From an uncultured Armatimonadetes bacterium (lineage in GTDB: Bacteria > Armatimonadota > Hebobacteria > Hebobacterales > Hebobacteraceae), in assembly GCA_963716175.1 (NCBI GenBank), contig OY970296.1, forward strand, positions 448,001 to 512,000: a stretch of DNA of 64,000 nt, given 5' to 3'. Shown here piece by piece: positions 56,737 to 64,000 of the stretch. Within the stretch, counting starts at the first letter, position 1. The number at the start of each line of letters is the position of its first letter. A model generated the notes under the pieces. It saw nothing but the letters and a program-made list of their open reading frames with translations, searched no databases and was not told the origin of the DNA. A program made the position numbers and the translations under genes.

Positions 56737-57338
56737 GGCCTTCCCTCTGTGTCTTGCAGTCGTCGAAAGGCCTGATAGTCCGGCTTGTCGTAGGGCGTCC
56801 CCAGACCGGTGATGAAGCTTGGCACGCCGACCGGCCGCCGGCCTTCCAGCAGGTCGCGGGCCAGGGCACGCAGTTCGGAGGGGAAGAGCGGCTCGTGCTC
56901 GATCTGCTCCAGAGTCACCCACTCGGCTGTGGCACCGCGGATGTCATCAGGCCTGGGGTCTGCCGAAGCGCTCGGGGAGAGCTCGGCCCACAGGTACGCC
57001 TCAAGCCCATAGGCGTGGCCAGGGCACGGTCCCTTCTCCTGCTCGAATCCCCACGCCTCCACCTCTGCTCTCATCTCTTCCAGAGACACCATCTTCGGTA
57101 TCACCCACTCGCGCAGGAACGCGACCGACCGAACTCTGACCTGGAGGCCGGTCTCCTCCAATACCTCCCGCTGGCCGCACTCATAGAGGCTTTCGTTCGG
57201 CTCCAGGCCTCCGCCAGGTAAGCACCGGTAGGGATCGCGACCGCTGCCGTCCGGCAGCGGTGGGAACAAGAGCATTCGCCCATTCCGCAAGATGATCACT
57301 CGCGTTCGCACATTGCGATAGATGTTGTGGGTGAACAT
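56733..57338 (-). CDS. NUDIX hydrolase
   Basis: PGGGLEPNESLYECGQREVLEETGL Nudix box. Confidence 0.92.
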   Translation of the reverse strand: MFTHNIYRNVRTRVIILRNGRMLLFPPLPDGSGRDPYRCLPGGGLEPNESLYECGQREVLEETGLQVRVRSVAFLREWVIPKMVSLEEMRAEVEAWGFEQEKGPCPGHAYGLEAYLWAELSPSASADPRPDDIRGATAEWVTLEQIEHEPLFPSELRALARDLLEGRRPVGVPSFITGLGTPYDKPDYQAFRRLQDTEGRP

Positions 57339-57352
57339 GTCGGATCAGTTTC

Positions 57353-57491
57353 GTAGGGCAGGAGCCTGCCTCCTGCCCCCTTCTCTGTAGGGCGGGCATG
57401 CCTATGCCCGCCGCGGGGTACGACCATCATGGCGGGTAAGGTTCACCCGCTTGCTGTGCGGACACGGCCGCAGGCTGGGAGCCTGCGCTAC
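57353..57491. repeat. GTAG REP cluster (four palindromes)
   Basis: GTAGGGCAGGAG..CTCCTGCCC, GTAGGGCGGGCATGCCTATGCCCGCC, GCGGGT..ACCCGC, GCAGGCT..AGCCTGCGCTAC. Confidence 0.75.
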
Positions 57492-58255
57492 TGAAGCCCG
57501 CCCCACTGCGGCTTCCGCGCCTTCCAGATGATGGTCGCCGGGACCATGCGCTGGCGCGCCGGGGAGTAGTAGTCGCCCCAGTCCTGGCCGCTGCCCTGGT
57601 CCACCGGCTCCGGCTCGATGATGTCCAGCACCTCCAAACCGGCCGCTCGCAGCAATCGGAACCACTCGCCAACAGTGCGCTGAAACTGGGCGACGCGGGG
57701 GTGGGACTTCATCCCTTTCTGCTCCCAGGTGTAGGAATAGGCGGTATCGAAGTAGCTGCTCTCGATCCGCAGCTCATCGTCTGCCAGGCAGTACCAGAAC
57801 GGGTGGTCCAGGCTGAAGACGAACAGCCCCCCCGGCCGCAGCACCCGCGCCACCTCCGCGAAGCACCGGGCGATGTGCTCGACGTACATGAGAGCGTAGG
57901 CCGAGAAGACGATGTCCTGGCTCGCGTCTGCGAGGGCCGACAGGTCGTCGGCTGAGCCCTGCAGGAAGGTCGCCTCTACCCCATTGTCGGCGGCCAGCTT
58001 GCGGCCAAACTCAATCTGGGCATCAGACAGATCGAGGCCGGTGGCGATGGCGCCGCGCTTGGCGAAGGCGATGCTGCACTGCCCTCCTCCGCAGCCGATT
58101 TCCACCACACGTTTCCCGCGTACATCGCCGATCAACTGAAGCTGATCCTCGTTCGGGCAGTGCGGGCCATAGTGCACGAAATCGGTCGGGATCTTATGCT
58201 CGGCCTGGTAGTGAGGCGAGATCTTATTCCAGGCCTTGCGCATGTCAATTCGCAT
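57488..58255 (-). CDS. Class I SAM-dependent methyltransferase
   Basis: VEIGCGGG, GLDLS, RVLRPGGLFVFSLDHP; GGAGG RBS. Confidence 0.92.
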   Translation of the reverse strand: MRIDMRKAWNKISPHYQAEHKIPTDFVHYGPHCPNEDQLQLIGDVRGKRVVEIGCGGGQCSIAFAKRGAIATGLDLSDAQIEFGRKLAADNGVEATFLQGSADDLSALADASQDIVFSAYALMYVEHIARCFAEVARVLRPGGLFVFSLDHPFWYCLADDELRIESSYFDTAYSYTWEQKGMKSHPRVAQFQRTVGEWFRLLRAAGLEVLDIIEPEPVDQGSGQDWGDYYSPARQRMVPATIIWKARKPQWGGLQ

Positions 58256-58266
58256 ATCAGCCTCCG

Positions 58267-59106
58267 TCACAGCTTCACCGCCACCACTCGCCCATCGCCC
58301 ATCTCGCCCGATTGCCACTGGGCGATATCGGTGTGCAGGCTTTGATAGGCCTTCCCCACCCAGGCCTCGCCCATCAGCTTGCGATAGCGCCCTTCCTGCT
58401 CCTCCAGCTTTCGCCTAGCAGGGAGCCAGCCGCACTCCAGATCGAACCCCGAGATGTCCTCGGCGCTGATCACCCGATACCCCATGTGCGTGACCCTCTC
58501 AGCCACCTCGTCAAGGGAGAGAAGTCCGGGATCCCTGCTGGCCGCGCGGCGGATGATCCCAGTGAAAGCCACCCGTCCGCCTGGTACCAGGAGGCGCGTA
58601 ATCTCCCTCATCCAGCTCAGGTCCGCCGGGAAGGTGCACTGCGACCAGGCCACAGTGAAGGAAGTATCGGGCAAGGGCACTGCCTCCACGCTGCCGCAGA
58701 TGAAACTCACCTTGTCATCTGAACGACGGAGGCGCGTCAGCCGCTTGGCTACCGCGACATGCACGGGCGAGATATCAACACCCACCACCGTGCAGCCGTA
58801 ATCGCGCGCCAACTGCCGCGCCGGCCCGCCCACGTAGCAGGCGAGATCCACCACCCGATCGGCCGCGGTGAGGCGCACCAGTTCCGCCATCCGCGTGGTA
58901 TCCTCCGCGCCTCCGAGATGGTACTGCTCGCCCAGCAGAATGGCGTCAACGGACTCGTGATTATGCGGCAGCAAGCCGGCGGCCAGCAGCGGTTCGAGCA
59001 GTGCGGCGATCTGCTGCTCCGTATCTCCAGCCAGCTCCAGGCGCCAGCCCTCAATCAGCTTCTGGACCCTTCTCACCTCGGCCCCTTCTGTTGCCGCGCC
59101 GCTCAT
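58267..59106 (-). CDS. Class I SAM-dependent methyltransferase (sarcosine/tocopherol MT-like)
   Basis: QYHLGG, VVDLACYVGGPAR, GVDIS, RLLVPGG. Confidence 0.85.
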   Translation of the reverse strand: MSGAATEGAEVRRVQKLIEGWRLELAGDTEQQIAALLEPLLAAGLLPHNHESVDAILLGEQYHLGGAEDTTRMAELVRLTAADRVVDLACYVGGPARQLARDYGCTVVGVDISPVHVAVAKRLTRLRRSDDKVSFICGSVEAVPLPDTSFTVAWSQCTFPADLSWMREITRLLVPGGRVAFTGIIRRAASRDPGLLSLDEVAERVTHMGYRVISAEDISGFDLECGWLPARRKLEEQEGRYRKLMGEAWVGKAYQSLHTDIAQWQSGEMGDGRVVAVKL

Positions 59107-60005
59107 TTTGCCTTCAATTCCTTGCGGAAGCTAAAGGTGCGGTCCAGGAAGCGATAGCCCACGTTGGTGTAGCAGAGGGCGGCGCGGTGATTGTCGTGAT
59201 CGGTGCTGATGATGGCGTGCCGGCAGCCGACGTTTCGCATCTCCTGCAGCGACTGCGCGAGCAGATACTTGCCCAGCCCTTGCCCGCGGAATGGCTCCTC
59301 GACAAACAGGTGGTCGCAGAAGCACCACTGCTGAAGCTCCGGCCGCCACGAGCCATAGCCCAGCCAGTTCATGGTGGAGTGGCCCATCTCGCACCCCACC
59401 TGCATCGCCCGCACCGTCACGCCAGGCCCCATCGGGCTTTCTTCATGCCAATCGCTGGAGACCTCGAACTCTATGGGCGGCCTGGCGACGGAGGGTGCCT
59501 CGAAGTCCGGCCACTCGAAGAATACCTCGCTCTCCTCCACCCGGTATCCGGCCATGCCGAACAGGGGAGGCAGATGACAGATGCGCTCGGACAGGTGCCC
59601 GTAGGGAAGATGGTAGGACGGGTACAGGTAGTCCCAGTGCCCGGCAATGATCTCCGATCGCGCCTTCTCCCGCAGCCAGGACTCCGCGGCCTCAAGCAGC
59701 GCGGCCCCCACGGCCCTCTGCCCGGGACGGTAGGCAAGGAAGCGAATCACCCCCGGCTCGCCTTTGACATGCCAGTCCTCTGTCGCGGGCGCGGCCACGC
59801 CCAGATGGACGAAGCCCGCGATCTCCCCGCCGCGCTCCCGGGCCACCAGTATCTCTTCTTGGGAGCATGGCTGCCGCGCCAGCCGCGCGGGGTCGCGGAA
59901 CCAGCCCTCCCCTATCGGCCCGCAGTGCGGCGCTGGCGCTACCAGTTCGTTGTAGCAGCGCGCCACGCCCGCGGCCATGCCAGGCTCAAAAGCAACGATC
60001 TCCAT
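59103..60005 (-). CDS. Tandem-domain GNAT acetyltransferase
   Basis: RAVGAALL and FRGQGLGKYLL..NHRAALCYTNVGY; GAGGAG RBS. Confidence 0.87.
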   Translation of the reverse strand: MEIVAFEPGMAAGVARCYNELVAPAPHCGPIGEGWFRDPARLARQPCSQEEILVARERGGEIAGFVHLGVAAPATEDWHVKGEPGVIRFLAYRPGQRAVGAALLEAAESWLREKARSEIIAGHWDYLYPSYHLPYGHLSERICHLPPLFGMAGYRVEESEVFFEWPDFEAPSVARPPIEFEVSSDWHEESPMGPGVTVRAMQVGCEMGHSTMNWLGYGSWRPELQQWCFCDHLFVEEPFRGQGLGKYLLAQSLQEMRNVGCRHAIISTDHDNHRAALCYTNVGYRFLDRTFSFRKELKAK

Positions 60006-60261
60006 CTCAGTTTTCTCCTCCCACAAGGTCGGACGCGCCTGCCTCTCACCACCCGGAATTCCCAGTGGCGTGAAGCAGGCGCGTCAAGGGCTGAGGTCGC
60101 GTTTCTCCTGCGCGCGGCTATGGTTCTGTCGCTGGTCAGCCGCCGGGATTATCCCGGATCAGACGCTGTCGGTCAAGAGGCCGAACCATCGCGCGACGGG
60201 CAGGAATGGAGCGGACTGCGCCCGAAAGGTCTTCGGGGATTCTGAACTGGAAGATCGAGCG

Positions 60262-61467
60262 ATGAACTCCTTGCAGCGACTGCTGTCCTTGAGTGCGGCG
60301 GAGAAGGCGCGCCTCGGCATCGAGGCCACTCCCGCCGAGATTGCCCAGCAACCGGAGATGTGGCGCGACACGGCCCGCCGCTTCGCGGCAGCCGCGCCCG
60401 ACATCCGCAAGCTCCTGGCGCAGATCGGGCTTCCCGGCGGCTCATCGGAGATCATCTTCAGCGGGGCCGGCACGTCGGATTTCGTCGGCCGGTGCGTGCA
60501 GGGCCCGGTCAGCGCCGCGCTGGCCACCCGCGGGATCGCCTGCCCCACTACCGACATCGTCACCCATCCCGAGTACGCCTTCCCCGCCGACCGGCCCGCG
60601 CTGATGGTCTCGTTCGCCCGCTCGGGCAACAGCCCGGAGAGCGTCGCCGCCCTCGATATCGCGGTGGCCGAACGACCGCAGACCCGCCACCTTGTGATCA
60701 CCTGCAATGAGCAGGGCGAGCTGGCGCGCAGGGCCCGCCAGCTCGCGGATCGCGCCTTCTGCCTGGCGCTCGACCCTCGCACCAACGACCGCGGCCTCGC
60801 CATGACTAGTGCTTTCACCTCTATGGTCGTCGCCGGCCTCGGCCTCGCGTACCTATATCAGACCGAGGACTACCTGGCACTGGTCGAGCGTCTGGCCGAT
60901 GCAGGAGAATGCGTCCTCCGGCTCGCGCCCGACATCACGCAGTCACTCATCAAGCGCAGGCCGCGCCGGGCCTGCTTCCTCGGGTCCGGTGCGCTCTACG
61001 GCGCCGCGGTCGAGTCCCACCTCAAGCTTCAGGAGCTGACGGATGGGAATATCATCTGCCTCTGCGACACCTTCCTCGGCATTCGTCACGGCCCCCGCGC
61101 CGCCATTCATGACGACACCCTTGTGGTCTGCTTTCTCTCTTCCGACTCCTATGTCCGGCGCTACGAGCTGGATCTGGTCCGCGGCAATCGCCAGCAGAAG
61201 GTGGGCCTCGCGCATCTCGTGATCGCCGACCGTGCGGACGACGAACTCACCGGTCTCGCCGACGAGGTCATCGCCTACGACCCGGAGGGGAAGCTGAAAC
61301 TGCCGGATCACATGCTTCCACCCGCTGCCACCATCGTGGGCCAGCTCCTGGGGCTGTTCGCCTCCCTGGACCATGGGCTGAAACCGGACGCGCCCAGCGC
61401 CAGCGGCGTCATCAGCCGCGTGGTGCAGGGTGTGACCATCTACCCGCGGGAGCGGCGCGCCCGATGA
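60262..61467 (+). CDS. agaS: AgaS-like double-SIS sugar isomerase/deaminase
   Basis: EIAQQP, GAGTSDFVG, SFARSGNSPES, AMTSAFT, LKLQELT, RHGP, PDAPS..ISRVVQGVTIY. Confidence 0.88.
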   Translation: MNSLQRLLSLSAAEKARLGIEATPAEIAQQPEMWRDTARRFAAAAPDIRKLLAQIGLPGGSSEIIFSGAGTSDFVGRCVQGPVSAALATRGIACPTTDIVTHPEYAFPADRPALMVSFARSGNSPESVAALDIAVAERPQTRHLVITCNEQGELARRARQLADRAFCLALDPRTNDRGLAMTSAFTSMVVAGLGLAYLYQTEDYLALVERLADAGECVLRLAPDITQSLIKRRPRRACFLGSGALYGAAVESHLKLQELTDGNIICLCDTFLGIRHGPRAAIHDDTLVVCFLSSDSYVRRYELDLVRGNRQQKVGLAHLVIADRADDELTGLADEVIAYDPEGKLKLPDHMLPPAATIVGQLLGLFASLDHGLKPDAPSASGVISRVVQGVTIYPRERRAR

Positions 61468-62132
61468 TCCAGGCCGTGCTGTTCGATATGGATGGGCTGA
61501 TGGTGGACACCGAGCCCATTCACTTCCAGGCCTTCCGCGCCATGATGGGAGAGTACGGCTACGAAATCGTCGAAGACCTGATGCCAGGCTTCGTGGGCTT
61601 TCCGGAGGCCGATAACATCCGCGACCTGAAGCGCATTTACCATCTGGACGCCCCCCCACAGGAGATGGCGGCCCGCCGCTATGCCATCTTCATGCAGCTC
61701 ATCAGGACCGAGCCCTTCAGTGTCTTCGCGGGATTCTGGGAGCTGTCGGAAGAGGCGCGCCGCCGTGGCCTCAAGCTGGCCGTGGTCTCGTCGAGCACCG
61801 CGGAGCAGGTGGAGGTGATCCTGCGTCGCCTCTTCGCCACTCGGCCCGAGCTGGGTGCCCCTGAGGGCTACTTCCAGGCCATCGTCACCGGCGACGACAT
61901 CGCGCGCAACAAGCCCGCGCCGGACATCTACCTGCTGGCAGGGGAACGCCTGGCGGTCCCGCCGGGCCGGTGCCTGGTATTCGAGGACACTCCGCCTGGC
62001 GTGGAGTCCGCGGTAGCGGCGGGGATGATCGCCGTCGGCGTGCCCAATGATTACAGCCGCAATCTGGACTTCCCCGGCGCCCGCGCGGTTATCGGCAGCT
62101 TGCTGGAGGCGGCGCCCTATCTCGACATCTGA
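61464..62132 (+). CDS. HAD family phosphatase (beta-PGM-like)
   Basis: FDMDG, VSSS, KPAPDIY, FED. Confidence 0.92.
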   Translation: MIQAVLFDMDGLMVDTEPIHFQAFRAMMGEYGYEIVEDLMPGFVGFPEADNIRDLKRIYHLDAPPQEMAARRYAIFMQLIRTEPFSVFAGFWELSEEARRRGLKLAVVSSSTAEQVEVILRRLFATRPELGAPEGYFQAIVTGDDIARNKPAPDIYLLAGERLAVPPGRCLVFEDTPPGVESAVAAGMIAVGVPNDYSRNLDFPGARAVIGSLLEAAPYLDI

Positions 62133-62147
62133 AGTGTTGGAGGAACT

Positions 62148-63086
62148 GTGCCGTCCGTCGCCATCATCGGTGAGCTCAACCTGGACCTGATCGTGACCGG
62201 CGCGCCCGGCCTGCCGGAGCCCGGCCTGGAGAAGCTGGTCGAGGGGATGGAGCTAACCCTGGGCAGCTCCTCCGCCATCATCGCCGCCCAGTTCGCGCGG
62301 CTGGGCGATGATGTGCTCTTCATCAGCAAAGTGGGGGGCGATGACTTCGGCCGCCGGGCGCTGGAGTTCCTGCGCAGCATCGGCGTGCCCACCGGCGCCG
62401 TTGCCGTCCAGCCGCCCCTACGGAGCGGCCTGACGATCTCGATTGCGGTCGCCGGCGAGCGCGCCATGCTCACTCAACTGGGCTGCATCGAGGAGATGCG
62501 CTGGCAGGATGTGGACTTCGATCTCCTGCGCGGCCGCCAGCACCTGCACATCAGCTCCTTCTACCTCCAGCGCAACCTGCGCCCGGACATCGGCCGCATC
62601 TTCGCGCGCGCCCACCAGATCGGCCTCACCACCTCCCTCGATACCGGCTGGCCCAGCGGGGGCGAGGTCAACGGCAACCTGGAGAGCTGCTGGCCGCACC
62701 TCGATGTCTTCCTGCCCAATGAAGTGGAGGCGATGCATCTCACCGGGCGCGACTCCGTGGAAGAGGCGCTGGAGGTGTTGGGCCAGCGTGTGCCCACCGC
62801 GGTGGTCAAGCTGGGCGCCAGTGGCGCCATTGCCCGCCAGGGAGAGCGGATCGCCCGGCGCGCTGCCTTCGCAGTAGACGTGGTCGAGACCACCGGGGCC
62901 GGCGATTCGTTCAACGGCGGCTTCCTCCACGGTTACCTGTCCCGCGTCGACCTCACCGATTGCCTCGACCTGGGCCTGGCTTGTGGCGGGTTGTCCACCC
63001 GCGCGGCTGGAGGCACAACCTCACAAGCCACGCTCGCGGAGGCGATGCGGTTCATCCACACCGCCCCACGGCGGGCCGCGGCGTAG
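62148..63086 (+). CDS. PfkB carbohydrate kinase
   Basis: KVGGDDFG, PNEVEA, VKLGASG, TTGAGDSFNGG. Confidence 0.93.
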   Translation: MPSVAIIGELNLDLIVTGAPGLPEPGLEKLVEGMELTLGSSSAIIAAQFARLGDDVLFISKVGGDDFGRRALEFLRSIGVPTGAVAVQPPLRSGLTISIAVAGERAMLTQLGCIEEMRWQDVDFDLLRGRQHLHISSFYLQRNLRPDIGRIFARAHQIGLTTSLDTGWPSGGEVNGNLESCWPHLDVFLPNEVEAMHLTGRDSVEEALEVLGQRVPTAVVKLGASGAIARQGERIARRAAFAVDVVETTGAGDSFNGGFLHGYLSRVDLTDCLDLGLACGGLSTRAAGGTTSQATLAEAMRFIHTAPRRAAA

Positions 63087-63141
63087 GGGCGCAATTCATT
63101 GCGCCCAGAGGACGGCTGGGCGTGATGAATCACACCCCTAC
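63083..63141. repeat. Inverted GTAG REP doublet (REPIN-like)
   Basis: GTAGGGGCGCAATTCATTGCGCCC-N11-GGGCGTGATGAATCACACCCCTAC. Confidence 0.8.
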
Positions 63142-63150
63142 AGGTCTCTG

Positions 63151-63179
63151 TTGCCCTGCTGCTCGTTCTCCATTAGAAT
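63151..63179 (+). promoter_or_regulatory. Sigma70-type promoter of rmuC
   Basis: TTGCCC-N17-TAGAAT. Confidence 0.6.
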
Positions 63180-63219
63180 GTCACCAGTCCTGCGCAAGCG
63201 CGCGGCAAGGGGCGGTGCT

Positions 63220-64000
63220 ATGCAAGCCATCTTCCTCATCATTGGCATACTGGTCGGGGCAGCGGTGGGGTGGTTGTGGGCGAACTGGCGCGGGGCGGGG
63301 CGCCTGCAGGCCGAACGGGAGCGACTCGGGGCGGCTCAGGCCGAGGCCGAGACGAGGGCGCAGGCCGAGCGCGAGCAGCGCGTCGCCGCCGAGACCCGGC
63401 TTCAAGAGGTGGGAAAGCAGCTCACCGATCGGGACACTCTGATCGCTGCGGCAAAACAACAGCTTGCTGACACCTTCAGAGCGTTGTCTTCTGATGCCCT
63501 GCGCGACAACAGCCAGGCCTTCGTGGAGCGAGCGGAGCAGTCTCTCGAACCGGTGAGGGAGACGCTGAGGCGCTACGAAGACCAGATACGCTCACTGGAA
63601 GGGCTCAACCGAGAGGTCTATGGGAACATCAGCCGCCAAGTGACAAGTCTGCTAACGAGCGAGCAGCAGTTGCAGCGAGAGACGGTTAACCTCGTCAACG
63701 CGTTACGACGGCCGCATGTGCGCGGTAAGTGGGGCGAGTTGACCTTGCATCGCGCGGTTGAACTGGCAGGGATGTCAGAGCACGTAGACTACCTTGAGCA
63801 AGTGACCTCTTCGGCCGACAGCGGGAGGATCCGGCCCGACATGGTCGTCACACTTCCGAACGGAAGGCAGGTGCTGGTGGATGTAAAGACTCCCCTTGAC
63901 GCCTATCTCACCGCGTTGGAAGCCAGCTCGGAAGAGGAACGAAAGGCCTGTCTATTGCGGCACTGCCAGCAGATTCGCCAGCATATGAACGCATTGGCAG
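63220..64000 (+). CDS. rmuC: DNA recombination protein RmuC (3' end outside window)
   Basis: Manual translation: N-terminal TM, coiled coil, RGKWGELTL, RPDMVVTLP, VDVKTPLDAY. Confidence 0.9.
   Translation, partial: MQAIFLIIGILVGAAVGWLWANWRGAGRLQAERERLGAAQAEAETRAQAEREQRVAAETRLQEVGKQLTDRDTLIAAAKQQLADTFRALSSDALRDNSQAFVERAEQSLEPVRETLRRYEDQIRSLEGLNREVYGNISRQVTSLLTSEQQLQRETVNLVNALRRPHVRGKWGELTLHRAVELAGMSEHVDYLEQVTSSADSGRIRPDMVVTLPNGRQVLVDVKTPLDAYLTALEASSEEERKACLLRHCQQIRQHMNALA

Noticed and set aside
52474-57491. REPs as integron attC sites of a cassette array
   Set aside because: No GTTRRRY/RYYYAAC core sites and no intI; the palindromes are short GTAG-type REPs.

Overview
High-GC bacterial chromosomal segment. 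The gene families present (OPT-like DUF6785-type membrane protein, several zf-HC2 anti-sigma factors, GTAG REPs) suggest an Armatimonadota-like genome, which is an inference only. Left to right: (1) a minus-strand run of nitroreductase, Zn-ribbon/TPR protein, DUF151 nuclease, double-ZAS anti-sigma factor and a secreted beta-rich protein cut by the window edge; then MoxR, EamA and an NHL lipoprotein. (2) An 18.6-kb translationally coupled Wzm/Wzt surface-glycan operon (GT2/GT4 enzymes, CsaB-like pyruvyltransferase-GT4 fusion, epimerase, GmhB), followed by an ECF sigma / anti-sigma / jelly-roll-bactofilin membrane protein triad. (3) A PilP/GspC-like gene divergent from a three-roadblock operon with no MglA, then ferredoxin, tRNA(CAT), a large TPR protein, FKBP, EamA, LonC, an AT-richer HEPN/Abi gene, radical SAM-SPASM, HlyD, DUF1854 plus ABC exporter. 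(4) Sugar-metabolism genes, a run of small-molecule modifying enzymes around rsgA, agaS-HAD-pfkB and partial rmuC. Most notable: a catalytically truncated, membrane-tailed GT9-like half-domain repeated five times in the glycan operon; a second C-terminal tag shared by three other enzymes; a leader-peptide/attenuator-like element upstream of rsgA-GNAT-APH; an unannotated 19-aa CxxC/Lys-rich microprotein with its own promoter and terminator; and GTAG REPs that supply stop codons and in-frame linkers. Four genes carry small frameshifts that are probably assembly errors. All calls come from manual reading and motif recognition; no searches were run.
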